Shown: positions 10,488-19,946 of the stretch, piece after piece | Layout of the letters: every line of letters begins with the position of its first letter | How positions within the stretch are numbered: the first letter of the stretch is position 1 | NCBI GenBank assembly: GCA_963792775.1 | Contig: CAWBXU010000015.1 | Coordinates: 263 to 64,262, forward strand | DNA length: 64,000 bases | Direction of reading: 5' to 3' | DNA from: an uncultured Verrucomicrobiae bacterium | GTDB lineage: Bacteria > Verrucomicrobiota > Verrucomicrobiia > Chthoniobacterales > UBA10450 | Made by a program: the position numbers and the translations under genes | Notes under the pieces: generated by a model | The model's database searches: none | Told to the model about the DNA's origin: nothing | The model's input: only the letters and a program-made list of their open reading frames with translations

Positions 10488-11936
10488 ATGGAGCACACCA
10501 GAACAGCAAAGGCGCACCGCGACCGGTTTTCCGAGAGTGACGAAGGCGTCAGCACCTTCCTTTTCTGTGCCGGTTGGGCGATCACGCTCCTTTATTTTCC
10601 AAACGGTTTGATGCATGAATGGCTGGGTTCGCTGGTTTACGTAAGAGATGGTCTGCTGATTTTGCATCTGGGGGGGACAGTCATTTTCTTTGCCAGGTCA
10701 GGCAGACTCCGGTCGTTCATCACTAACTCGTGGCTGCTCTGCCTCGTGCCCCTCTTCATATTGCCCGCCCTCTTTAAGAGCGAATACTCGATCGAGGCGC
10801 TCACCTTGTGGAAATGGACGGCATTCTGGTTGGACTGGATTCTTCTTGGCCGGCTTCTCGCCACGCAGAGAAATTTCACTGGAGTGATGTGGCTACTGGC
10901 CGGTTTGACCGTCTTTCTGCTCGCCGCGGACGCCGCCATTGGTTGTTATGAATGGAAGACCAATAAGTTCTTTTTCCCGATGCGCGGTGAAGTATCTCCA
11001 TTGGGTGTTCCGATGGGAAAAGATCAGCACCTGGTGCATCATCTACGGCTAAAAGGATTGCAGCGGGACGTCTTCTCGTTTGCTAACTTGATGGGTCTCG
11101 GGTGCGTGCTTTCGCTCTGTCTTTTCGTCAGTCTTAAGAATGCGCTTCAGCGTTATACAGCTCTCGTGATCAGCGGAATGTTCGCGCTTGTCATTTTCGC
11201 TTCCGGTGGACGTTCGGCCTTGATCGGAATCTTCGCTGCAGGTCTGCTTGCGGCGGCCTTCACGGTCGATCGTTTACGAATGCGTAGGTACTCAAAACAC
11301 CTTGCCGCTGTCTGGCTGTGCCTGGCCCTTGCTATCAGTTTGATCGGCGTGGGACAGATCACCGACGTGGTGAGCAGCTCGCTGATTAAGGGATCCTATG
11401 TAGGCGATTCCGCGAGTGCTTACGCGCGGGATAGGAGTTGGGGAAACATTCTCACGGCGATTGAGCACGTTCCTATTGTGCTTTTCACTGGAGGCCCGCT
11501 CGGCTCCTACATCGATAGTCAGGTCGATCCAATTTATCACTGGGCGGATAACAACTATCTTTGGCTGGTTTATCACACCAGCGTTATCGGCTTGCTGGGA
11601 GTTGTAGCTTATTTCCGAAAAGTACTTGGCTATAATGTATCGGCCTCTCGGGAATGGGGTCGTGACTGCTGCTTGTTATTCCTTGTCTTCGTGATGGGCG
11701 AATCAATTGCGCGAGAGGCGCTCACTTTTATTGGCTGCATGCCGCTCTTTGTGGCTTGTGGCTTTATCAGTGATTCTCACTCGCGATCCCTACCGGCTAC
11801 AGGCGGACGGCGAAGCGTTGACCATGCCGTCGTCTCCGAAAGATCGAAGCACCGGCGGCGGCGACGGCGGAAAAGCTCGATAGGAGAAACGTCCGAGGCA
11901 CCCTCGCTGCAGAGAGAAGATTCAATACGGAAATGA
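10488..11936 (+). CDS. O-antigen polymerase/ligase-like membrane protein (Wzy-like), paralogue A, with a basic C-terminal tail
   Basis: 482 aa, multi-TM. It shares blocks with the next gene: LQRDVFSFANLMGLGCV, GGRSALIGIFAAGLL, HWADNNYLWLVYHTSVIGLLGVVAYFRKVL and FVMGESIAREALTFIGCMPLFVACGFI. The tail reads SERSKHRRRRRRKSS. Confidence 0.6.
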   Translation: MEHTRTAKAHRDRFSESDEGVSTFLFCAGWAITLLYFPNGLMHEWLGSLVYVRDGLLILHLGGTVIFFARSGRLRSFITNSWLLCLVPLFILPALFKSEYSIEALTLWKWTAFWLDWILLGRLLATQRNFTGVMWLLAGLTVFLLAADAAIGCYEWKTNKFFFPMRGEVSPLGVPMGKDQHLVHHLRLKGLQRDVFSFANLMGLGCVLSLCLFVSLKNALQRYTALVISGMFALVIFASGGRSALIGIFAAGLLAAAFTVDRLRMRRYSKHLAAVWLCLALAISLIGVGQITDVVSSSLIKGSYVGDSASAYARDRSWGNILTAIEHVPIVLFTGGPLGSYIDSQVDPIYHWADNNYLWLVYHTSVIGLLGVVAYFRKVLGYNVSASREWGRDCCLLFLVFVMGESIAREALTFIGCMPLFVACGFISDSHSRSLPATGGRRSVDHAVVSERSKHRRRRRRKSSIGETSEAPSLQREDSIRK

Positions 11937-13351
11937 ATCGAACAGTTCTAAGCAGAAGGAGCCACAGAAGCCAGCGGCGAAGAGAGCAGTTGCCCGGACG
12001 AAGCGGACCGCGTCCCGGACTCGATTCTCGGTCACTCAAGACCTTGATCATATCGGGATGGGTCATTGTGCTTCTTTATCTTCCGAGTGGAATGCTGCAC
12101 GCCATTCTCGGTAATGCAGTGTACGGGCGAGATCTTCTTCTTGGTCTACATCTTGCGGCCTCGATTTTCTGGCTGGCTCGCGGCCAGCATTTGCGCTGGG
12201 TAGCGGAGAACAGTTGGGTCATTCTAATCACGCCGATCCTGCTCATCCCAGCGGTGCTTAATTCCAGTTTCACCCCCAACGGGGAAACGATTTCGGTAGA
12301 GGCGTTGCGCACCTGCAAGTGGAGCCTGTGCTGGCTCGATTGGTTTTGTCTTGGTGTATTCTTGCGGATGAACCGCAATTGGGGGAAATGGTTTCAGATC
12401 CTGGGAATGGTGACAATCGGCTGGCTGCTTGTCGAATTATTGGCGGGGGTGATTGAGTTATCGACCGGCAAGTACTTGTTTCCCACCACCTGGGGCCAAC
12501 GAACCACCCTTGGGGTCCTGGTAGGAAACGATCAATATTTGGGCAGCGCATTTCGTATCCGCGGGTTGCAACGAGATGTCTTTTCCTTTGCGAATCTAAT
12601 GGCGCTGAGCGCGGTTGCGGGAATGGTTTTCCTAACGATCACGCGTCGCGTTGTTATTCGAGTCAGCGCTGCGCTCTGGACGATCGTTTTCTTGATAATG
12701 ATGTTCGTCTCGGGCGGTCGGTCCGCGCTCTTCGGCGCGCTTGCCGCGGCTGTATATACGGTCTGCTTACTCCTCTTCCGACAGAAAATGCGGCGGTTCG
12801 GTCGCCATTATGTGCTGGTGTGGCTGGCTATAGGAATCGGGTTGAGTCTCCTCGGAGTAGGGAGATTCACCGAGTGGATCAGCGCCAACGTTCTGAGCGG
12901 CGCACACTATGGCGATGCCAGCAGTGCCTACATGCGCGATTCTTACTGGGTCCAGATGCTCGCGGCCTTTGGGCATAGTCCTATCATCCTGATTCTCGGC
13001 GGTCCTTTCGCTTCGCTCCTCGATCACAGTATCGGGCCGATGTTTCACTGGGCCGATAATCAATTCCTTTGGAACCTTTATCACCTCGGCATTGCTGGGT
13101 CCCTCGGCATGGCTTTTTACTTCTTTCGGGTCTTGCAAGCCGCGGACAATTGGTCGGAACCTCACGTCTTCGATGCCCTCATTCTCTTTCTCCTGTTCGT
13201 GATGGGCGAAGGCATTGCCCGGGAATCGCTGACCTTCATGGGTTGCGTAGGGTTGTTCGTTGCTTGCGGTTATGTCATTGCCTCAGACAACGTTCAGGAA
13301 GGCCGAGGAAAACGACATCGCCATCCCAGAACAAGGAGCCGCACCTCATGA
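11933..13351 (+). CDS. O-antigen polymerase/ligase-like membrane protein (Wzy-like), paralogue B
   Basis: 472 aa with an ATGA overlap with paralogue A. Matching blocks are LQRDVFSFANLMALSAVAG, GGRSALFGALAAAVY, HWADNQFLWNLYHLGIAGSLGMAFYFFRVL and FVMGEGIARESLTFMGCVGLFVACGYV. Both the N-terminal region and the C-terminal tail are basic. Confidence 0.6.
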   Translation: MNRTVLSRRSHRSQRRREQLPGRSGPRPGLDSRSLKTLIISGWVIVLLYLPSGMLHAILGNAVYGRDLLLGLHLAASIFWLARGQHLRWVAENSWVILITPILLIPAVLNSSFTPNGETISVEALRTCKWSLCWLDWFCLGVFLRMNRNWGKWFQILGMVTIGWLLVELLAGVIELSTGKYLFPTTWGQRTTLGVLVGNDQYLGSAFRIRGLQRDVFSFANLMALSAVAGMVFLTITRRVVIRVSAALWTIVFLIMMFVSGGRSALFGALAAAVYTVCLLLFRQKMRRFGRHYVLVWLAIGIGLSLLGVGRFTEWISANVLSGAHYGDASSAYMRDSYWVQMLAAFGHSPIILILGGPFASLLDHSIGPMFHWADNQFLWNLYHLGIAGSLGMAFYFFRVLQAADNWSEPHVFDALILFLLFVMGEGIARESLTFMGCVGLFVACGYVIASDNVQEGRGKRHRHPRTRSRTS

Positions 13352-14445
13352 TGGTGCTCCTGCGAATTCGCTCGGATGTAAAGACATATCCTGGGGGCGA
13401 CTACATTCATCTACAGAAAACCCGTGAGGCGCTCGAGCGCATAGGCATTTCCTGTATCGTATCGCCAGGACTCGATCCTATGCCGTCGGGCATCGATATT
13501 GTCCATCTCTTCAATACCACGCGCATTCACGAGACCTTTCTGCAATTCCGAGAGGCAAAACGGCGAGGCGTTCCAGTCGTCTTGACTCCGATCTGGCATT
13601 CGACGGCGGAGATGGAGCGCTTTTATCAAAGACTCTATGGTCTGCCATGGCTGCCGATTCAGGCTTATCTTGGGGCCAAAGAGATTCGCTACGCGAGACG
13701 CTCACAGCTGGCGATGTTTTGGCCGGCGACTTTTCAATTTAGAGAGTTACAGCGTGAGGTCGTCCGCGGATGCGACGCGTTGCTTCCAAACTCGAAGGCG
13801 GAGTTAAGGATTCTCGGCAATGAATTGGCAGTCCAACCGCGCGCGAGTTTCGTTGTTCCACTGGGCTTCGAGCCGCTGGAGCGAAGCAATGCGCCAGTTG
13901 AAGAGCGGCGTGATGTCCTCTGTGTCGGGCGGATCGAGCCGCGGAAGAATCAGCTGGAGGTGGCGCGAGCGTTTAGCTCCCGCCCGAGAGGCAAGGACCG
14001 ACTTCTTTTCTATGGGAGCGTGAGTCACTCTCACCGGCACTACTGGAAGCAGGTGCAAAAACATCTGCGGGATGGAAAACTGGAGTACCGTGGGTTTGTT
14101 CCGCAAGAGGAGATCTTTGCCGCCTATGCCCGGGCGAAAGGCGCTATCCTTGCAAGCTTTTTCGAGACGTGTGGCCTCGCAGCGCTGGAGGCCATCGCCT
14201 GCGGGGCGAGGACCTGTGTCAGCGATACACCTTACACTCGCGAGCTTTATCGGGATTCGGTAACCTACTGCGATCCGTTTTCGACCGAGTCCATCGCGTG
14301 CGGAATCGATGACCTGCTGGCCAAGGTCGAGACAACGCCGCCTGCGCGCCTGCCGAGTTATTCATGGGACGAGGTGGCCGAGCAGACGGTGGAAGCCTAC
14401 AAATACGTTCTATCGTCGCGTGCTGATTATGTCCACGCAGCCTAA
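13348..14445 (+). CDS. Glycosyltransferase (GT4/GT-B fold)
   Basis: I take ATG 13348 (MMVLLRIRSDVKTYPGGDYIHLQKTREALE), which has an ATGA overlap with the previous gene. The C-terminal half has GRIEPRKNQLEVARAF and FFETCGLAALEAIACG, the E-x7-E-like GT-B motif. The TAA stop lies inside the GCCTAACGA word. Confidence 0.7.
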   Translation: MMVLLRIRSDVKTYPGGDYIHLQKTREALERIGISCIVSPGLDPMPSGIDIVHLFNTTRIHETFLQFREAKRRGVPVVLTPIWHSTAEMERFYQRLYGLPWLPIQAYLGAKEIRYARRSQLAMFWPATFQFRELQREVVRGCDALLPNSKAELRILGNELAVQPRASFVVPLGFEPLERSNAPVEERRDVLCVGRIEPRKNQLEVARAFSSRPRGKDRLLFYGSVSHSHRHYWKQVQKHLRDGKLEYRGFVPQEEIFAAYARAKGAILASFFETCGLAALEAIACGARTCVSDTPYTRELYRDSVTYCDPFSTESIACGIDDLLAKVETTPPARLPSYSWDEVAEQTVEAYKYVLSSRADYVHAA

Positions 14446-15367
14446 CGAAAACCCGACACCAAGCGGCCCGCTGACTGCCTCGCAGCCGCTCTTGTCGGTC
14501 ATTATTGTCACTTACCAGTCACGCGATGAAATTGCGGAATGTCTGGAATCGATCCCGCCGGATGTCTGCGGAGCGCAGGTGGAAGTCATCGTCGTGGACA
14601 ATGCTTCGACGGATGGAACCATCGATTTCGTTGGTCCGCGTTATCCGACAACGATCACGGTCGGGACCGGCGCAAATCTCGGCTTTGGCCGGGCAAACAA
14701 CATCGGATATGCGCGGGCGCGGGGGAGGTTCATCCTATTCCTAAATCCCGATACGATAGTGAACCGCGAGGCATTGGAAAAATGCCTGAATCGTCTCCAA
14801 AACGAACCTGAGGTTGGAATCATTTCGCCCAGACTCGTGTTGGCGAATGGGGAAATGGATCTGGCCTGTCGGCGTTCCATCCCAAGTGTGTGGGATGGCT
14901 TAATGCGAGCCTCGGGATTGGCCCGGGTATTTCCCCATATCCCTCTCTGCGCTGGGTATAATCTCACTCATTTGCCGGAAACGGAAACCTATTGCGTAGG
15001 TGCGGTGAACGGAGCTTTCATGATGAGTTCACGCGCGGTCCTTCGGCGAATCGGACTGTTCGACGAGGAATTTTTCATGTACGGCGAAGATCTCGATCTT
15101 TGTTTTCGCTGCCGGGTGCAAGGTTTCTCGGTCGTTTACGACGGCCGCTTCTCGATCATTCATCTCAAAGGCCGAAGCTCAAGCAGAGAGTACCGCGCGA
15201 TGTCTCGGGAGCTTTTCGCCGGAACGAAAAAATTCTACCTCAAACATTTCACTCCGCCGGATTCGCGCGTGGGCCGATGGAAATACGAATTCCTTTTTTG
15301 GTTATGGGATAGCTATGCGCAACTCTTTGGCACCTTCCGACGACAGAAGACCGCGCGACCTCTCTGA
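14429..15367 (+). CDS. Glycosyltransferase family 2
   Basis: I take ATG 14429 (MSTQPNENP..). GT2 motifs are LLSVIIVTYQSRDEIAECLESI, VVDNASTDGT, GFGRANNIG, LNPD and YGEDLDLCFR. It overlaps the previous gene by 17 nt. Confidence 0.8.
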   Translation: MSTQPNENPTPSGPLTASQPLLSVIIVTYQSRDEIAECLESIPPDVCGAQVEVIVVDNASTDGTIDFVGPRYPTTITVGTGANLGFGRANNIGYARARGRFILFLNPDTIVNREALEKCLNRLQNEPEVGIISPRLVLANGEMDLACRRSIPSVWDGLMRASGLARVFPHIPLCAGYNLTHLPETETYCVGAVNGAFMMSSRAVLRRIGLFDEEFFMYGEDLDLCFRCRVQGFSVVYDGRFSIIHLKGRSSSREYRAMSRELFAGTKKFYLKHFTPPDSRVGRWKYEFLFWLWDSYAQLFGTFRRQKTARPL

Positions 15368-15411
15368 GGAGGACGGATGAAGGACTATGGGTCCCCGCGG
15401 GCCAAGTCGTT

Positions 15412-16098
15412 TTAAAAGATACTTTCGCCGACGCTGATTACGTCGCCAGGAAGAACCTGCATCGCGACGACTGAGTCGTCTTTTGCCATCCGGCTGGCAT
15501 TGATTTTGATCACCTGGTCGCTCCGGTTGCCTGCGCGTTTCAAGACGATTTTCGATGGATCCGCAATTGGGGTATAACCCCCCGCAATACCAATCGCCTG
15601 GAGAAGAGTAATAGCGTCGCGGTCCGGCATTTCATAAGAGCCCGGCTTTTGCACTTGCCCAAGGACGGTAAAGCGACGCTTGCTGTACTCCGTCACGATA
15701 ACGTTCACCTGGGGATTAACCAGGTAACGCTTGAGGGCGGCGCGAAGAGCCTCACTGGCGCCCTGCGAGGTCAGGCCGCCGATCCTGACCACGCCGACGA
15801 GCGGAAACGTGATCGTCCCTTGGTCGGAGATCCGCACCTTCGATTCAAGATCATCTTCTTGGAAAACCTTTATATCGACCAAGTCGCCGGACGAAAGAGA
15901 GTAATCGGAGAGGGTTTCTCGGGGAAGGTCTTGTCTCGGAAGAACTGACTGTGACTGATCGTTTGTGACACGGACGGCCCTTAAAGCACCCTGGACCTGA
16001 GGAGAGCGCGGCTCGGACTGCGCATAAACGATGCCAGAAAGACCGAAGAGAGTTAGAAGTTCGAAACAAAGGATTGAGTGAGCAGATAACGTTTTCAT
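15412..16098 (-). CDS. Polysaccharide export protein (Wza-like; Poly_export plus SLBB domains)
   Basis: 228 aa with signal peptide MKTLSAHSILCFELLTLFGLSGIVYAQ. It carries GDLVDIKVFQEDDLESKVRISDQGTITFPLVGVVRIGGLT and VTEYSKRRFTVLGQVQKPGSYEM, typical of Wza-family proteins. Confidence 0.8.
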   Translation of the reverse strand: MKTLSAHSILCFELLTLFGLSGIVYAQSEPRSPQVQGALRAVRVTNDQSQSVLPRQDLPRETLSDYSLSSGDLVDIKVFQEDDLESKVRISDQGTITFPLVGVVRIGGLTSQGASEALRAALKRYLVNPQVNVIVTEYSKRRFTVLGQVQKPGSYEMPDRDAITLLQAIGIAGGYTPIADPSKIVLKRAGNRSDQVIKINASRMAKDDSVVAMQVLPGDVISVGESIF

Positions 16099-16116
16099 AA
16101 GTCCTGGATGAGCAGA

Positions 16117-17388
16117 TCAAAAGCTGAGATTCAATTGAACAGTGGCCTGGTTGTCGGCATAGCTGAAGGTCTGGAGAGAAGATTCGTCGCGCATGTAGCG
16201 GTATCCAATCTGGAGGTTGGCGTGCTTCGTGATATCGAACCCAACTGATGGGTAGATATAGAAAATATCGTCGGTCCGGGCGGGAGCAACGACTCCGGGG
16301 AGGGTCTCATAGGCGGCGTTGGTGTAGCCGGCGGCGAGCATCAAGTAAACAAACTCATGGAAACGCTGGAAAAGATTGATCGACACGTTCGTTCGCTTGA
16401 CGTTTGAGCGCGAATTCTGGGCCGTGCTCTCGACATCCCGGGATCCTTCGAGTGAGATGGTCGTGCCATTAAAGGGCAGATAAGTCGCCCCAAGGGTAAA
16501 GATGGGATTGAGAGTGTCGCTGCCGCTGTCAAATTGTCGAAAATCCAGGCCGACTTTCGCTTTGAGCGATATCTTTTGAGTTGGGTTGTAGAGAACCCGG
16601 GCCAAAGCGCGTTCGAAGACCTGACTATCTCCGCGATCGTACTCAAGACGGCCGAGGGCGGCTCCGAACCCGAGATGAGTCTTCGGTTTTAGCCGGTAAT
16701 CCCAAAAGTTTTCGTTTTGCCAGGTGACAGAACTGCTGCCGACGTCGTAATCATGGATCTCGTTTTGAAAACGGCTTTCAAGGGAAGACTTCTCGCTAAT
16801 TTTGTAAGTGGCGCGGAGAAAGGTATCGATAAACGTCCGATCGACCCGAGTGCCCAAATCGAGATCGGCGTTCGATAGCGTCTGATAGCGAGAGATAAAG
16901 CTGATATCCAGTCTTGAAAAGTGTCGTTGTAGGACGAGCGATCCGTCGTGGTTAAGACTGTTTTCGGAGCTGTGATCGACGAAAAAGGCGGCGGTTGGAG
17001 CGTAAACGACCATGACGAGGCTGCGCTCGTCTTCGACATTCATCGGCTCGTCAAACCGGTGAGGAAACGGCAGTTCTTCGTGCGCCGACCTGTGAACGTC
17101 CCCCCAGCCGAAGGCAAGCAATGGAGTCAGGGAAAACTGTACATCAGACTGCGGGTTATCGTGACTAATGAACAAGTTGTCGTCATACGTCACCTTCGTT
17201 TGTACCTCGGCGGCAAAATCCCAGGCAGGTTTGACCACGCTGGCGGATTCTACCGACACATAGGCAGAATCCGCCGATTTGGCGATGGGAGCCGCGTTCG
17301 AAGAAGTCGTGGGCACCTCCACTTCTTGAGCGAGTGAGTTCCCCGCCGCCAGGGTCACTCCGCAAAGCAAGAAAGAGAACTTGCTCAA
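16117..17388 (-). CDS. Putative outer-membrane beta-barrel protein linked to EPS export
   Basis: Alternating hydrophobic beta-strand pattern with an OMP-type C-terminus (..TVQLNLSF). It lies directly upstream of the Wza-like gene. The start is uncertain. I propose TTG 17388, giving signal peptide (M)SKFSFLLCGVTLAAGNSLAQE. The full ORF runs to 17640. Confidence 0.5.
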   Translation of the reverse strand: MSKFSFLLCGVTLAAGNSLAQEVEVPTTSSNAAPIAKSADSAYVSVESASVVKPAWDFAAEVQTKVTYDDNLFISHDNPQSDVQFSLTPLLAFGWGDVHRSAHEELPFPHRFDEPMNVEDERSLVMVVYAPTAAFFVDHSSENSLNHDGSLVLQRHFSRLDISFISRYQTLSNADLDLGTRVDRTFIDTFLRATYKISEKSSLESRFQNEIHDYDVGSSSVTWQNENFWDYRLKPKTHLGFGAALGRLEYDRGDSQVFERALARVLYNPTQKISLKAKVGLDFRQFDSGSDTLNPIFTLGATYLPFNGTTISLEGSRDVESTAQNSRSNVKRTNVSINLFQRFHEFVYLMLAAGYTNAAYETLPGVVAPARTDDIFYIYPSVGFDITKHANLQIGYRYMRDESSLQTFSYADNQATVQLNLSF

Positions 17389-17896
17389 AAAGACGGTACC
17401 CTCGGGTGTCTTCTTCAATTCAGTCCTCCATTTTCGAACGACTCCCCCTGGGCAAATCTGGATCTGGTCAAGCCAGGCCGGCGCGCCAGGGGATTCGGCG
17501 GAGGAGTGATTGAATTTGTCATGCGAGTCGCCACGCGACATAAATTTTCCAGGAAGCTTTGTGAGCCTCGGCCCCCGTCCGCGCTGGCGACTATCTGCCG
17601 GTATTTCACACGCGGGACACCTGGCAGTTTTCAGCAGCACTCGTACCGCGACTCTGCGCGGCGCAGAAAAATCTGCGGGTATTTTCTGCGATCAAGGTTC
17701 GCAGTTCCGCCCGGAATAGGACGAACCGCTGGACGCTACCGACTTGCCGTCTAAAGGGCGTCGCAGCGGAGGCTTAGCCCGAGTCGCCCATCGCGACGAA
17801 AGCTTTCGAATCGGGTCCGATTGAAATGGAAGACTAAGAACTCAAAAGGGGTTGGGGTCTGGCACATGCTCTGCTCGAATTCCTTAGTTCTTGGTC

Positions 17897-19714
17897 ATGC
17901 GAACTTCCTGGCTCCGTTTTTTTCTCTGTGGCGGCCCGTGCCTTTTGGCGCCGCTGCTGTCGCACGGTGCCATGATCGATCAATTCGAATCCCCGACCGC
18001 ACCCGAGCCCTGGTCCTTCAATCGGGGGGCAGAATTTCCGGGCGCCACTGGCTCGCTGACTCGTGGCAAAGGCCACGCGGGATCAGGCGCTCACCTCTCC
18101 TTCAACGTTGCCGGCGGCGGTAATTATGTGGGCGCAGATCGGAGCCTTACTTTGCCTTTGGAGGCCGCTGCCATCCGGTTGTGGGTGCAACATCCCGGTG
18201 GCGTAAACATTCAGATCCGCGTCACCGACCAAACGGGTCAAACCCTGCAGTATTCACCCACTCGCCCTTTCGAGGCTACGGAAGCAGGCGATTGGTATCG
18301 CCTCACAGTCAAGCTCGGCCCAACGACCGAGCATTGGGGCGGAAACACAAATGACGGAATTGTTCACAATCCCATTGTCAAAGTAAGTGTCCTCGCCCAG
18401 CCCGGACAGACGAAGATCGGCGCGATCGATTTCGATGATGTTGAGGCCCTCAGTTCGCTCGATTCAGTGATCGATCCATCCCAAAACCCAAGCGCAGGCA
18501 AAGCCTTGGATTTCCTCGGCAACCTCGGGGTGCAACTCGCCGTCCGCGATACCGACGCTACCGGGCTCGATCTCGCCCATTCAATCGGCTTTAAATGGGT
18601 CCGGGTAGAGATGTTTTGGGCGGATATCGAGACCACCCTGCACAGCTACGATTTCACCAAATACGACCAGTTGGTTTCGGCTTTAGCGGCCCGTGGGATG
18701 AAAGCGCACTTCGTTCTCTGCTATGGCAACGCGCTTTACACAGGCCGTGATTGGTTTGCGCCCCCGCGCACCCCCTCCGCGATTGATGGTTTTGCGGAAT
18801 TCGCCAGAAACGCCGCGATCCATTTCCGAGACAAAGGCGTCCAGTTCGAAATTTGGAATGAACCGAACGCCGCGCGCTTCTGGGATCCACCCAGCCCGAG
18901 TGAATATGCTGCGCTCACGAAAGCAGCCATCCCGCGTCTGCATGCCGGAGATCCGAAGGCAAAAGTGTCGACGGGCGGTCTCGCGGGAATGGATATGACA
19001 TTTCTCAAGAGCTTCATCGCCCAGGGAGGCGGAAGCGGGGCCGATGCGATTGGAGTTCACCCTTATCGTCTGGAGGTGCCGGAAAAGCTGAGCGACGAAA
19101 TGGTTCTCATGCGCGCAAGCCTGGCCGGTTTTTCCCCGGCCTCGGCTCCGGCCCCCGCTGTGTGGAGTACCGAGTGCGGTTACTCATCGGCCTGGTACGG
19201 CGACGGCACTCTCGAAGAAAACCAGGTAAAACAGGCGAAATTCTGCGCGCGTCAGTTGCTTACAGGCGCAGCCCTCGGCCTTGCATTCGACAGTCTCTTT
19301 CAGCTTCGTGATCACGGCTCCAACCCGTCGGACCCCGAGATGAATTTTGGCGTCCTCGATTCCCAACGAGGTGAAAAACCATTGACGTCATCAATTCGAA
19401 CGCTCCTGCGACAATGCGCCGGGCGAACGTTCAGCGGTCTGCTCCCTGCACCCGATAACGCAATCCACGTGCTGAAATTTCAGGGAGTTGACGATGCCAT
19501 GCTTGCTCTTTGGTCGGAGACGGTTGATGCGGCCGCGCAGAAAATAATTTTGCGGCGAGCGCCCGTAAGCGCCCAGGATTATCTCGGCAAAGCGCTGAAC
19601 GCAAAACTCGAAAAGGACGGCACCTTCTCCGTCGAGGTCGGCGATGCGCCCGTTTATTTGGTTTTCACGCAAAACGAGCCGAGCGCTCCAACCGGCCTTC
19701 ACGTGGACGAATGA
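17897..19714 (+). CDS. Secreted clan GH-A (TIM-barrel) glycoside hydrolase
   Basis: About 605 aa with signal peptide MRTSWLRFFLCGGPCLLAPLLSHGA. The barrel region has GFKWVRVEMFWADIE and the acid/base motif VQFEIWNEPN found in the GH5/GH39-type clan GH-A. The exact family is not resolved. Confidence 0.6.
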   Translation: MRTSWLRFFLCGGPCLLAPLLSHGAMIDQFESPTAPEPWSFNRGAEFPGATGSLTRGKGHAGSGAHLSFNVAGGGNYVGADRSLTLPLEAAAIRLWVQHPGGVNIQIRVTDQTGQTLQYSPTRPFEATEAGDWYRLTVKLGPTTEHWGGNTNDGIVHNPIVKVSVLAQPGQTKIGAIDFDDVEALSSLDSVIDPSQNPSAGKALDFLGNLGVQLAVRDTDATGLDLAHSIGFKWVRVEMFWADIETTLHSYDFTKYDQLVSALAARGMKAHFVLCYGNALYTGRDWFAPPRTPSAIDGFAEFARNAAIHFRDKGVQFEIWNEPNAARFWDPPSPSEYAALTKAAIPRLHAGDPKAKVSTGGLAGMDMTFLKSFIAQGGGSGADAIGVHPYRLEVPEKLSDEMVLMRASLAGFSPASAPAPAVWSTECGYSSAWYGDGTLEENQVKQAKFCARQLLTGAALGLAFDSLFQLRDHGSNPSDPEMNFGVLDSQRGEKPLTSSIRTLLRQCAGRTFSGLLPAPDNAIHVLKFQGVDDAMLALWSETVDAAAQKIILRRAPVSAQDYLGKALNAKLEKDGTFSVEVGDAPVYLVFTQNEPSAPTGLHVDE

Positions 19715-19946
19715 TTTCGGTGGGTTGAACCGGCGGCGGGCCAAGGGCCGCGCGGTTCAGACCTGGAATGGGCCAAGCGACCGCGCGATTCTATTCCATC
19801 GGATGCGAGGACCCGCCTAACGAACGCGAAGGCGACGGACGTCGAATCGCGGACAGCTTTTCGCCTAACGATTCCAGATAGCGCGAGGAATTCGCTGCCT
19901 GAATTCCGTCGATGCGCGTGCCGCCGGCGCAGGTTTACGTTGCGCC

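Noticed and set aside
19715-19760. A terminator-like hairpin (TGAACCGGCGGC...GCCGCGCGGTTCA) after the GH-A hydrolase gene.
   Set aside because: The stem is imperfect and there is no T-run. It is plausible but not strong enough to list as a feature.
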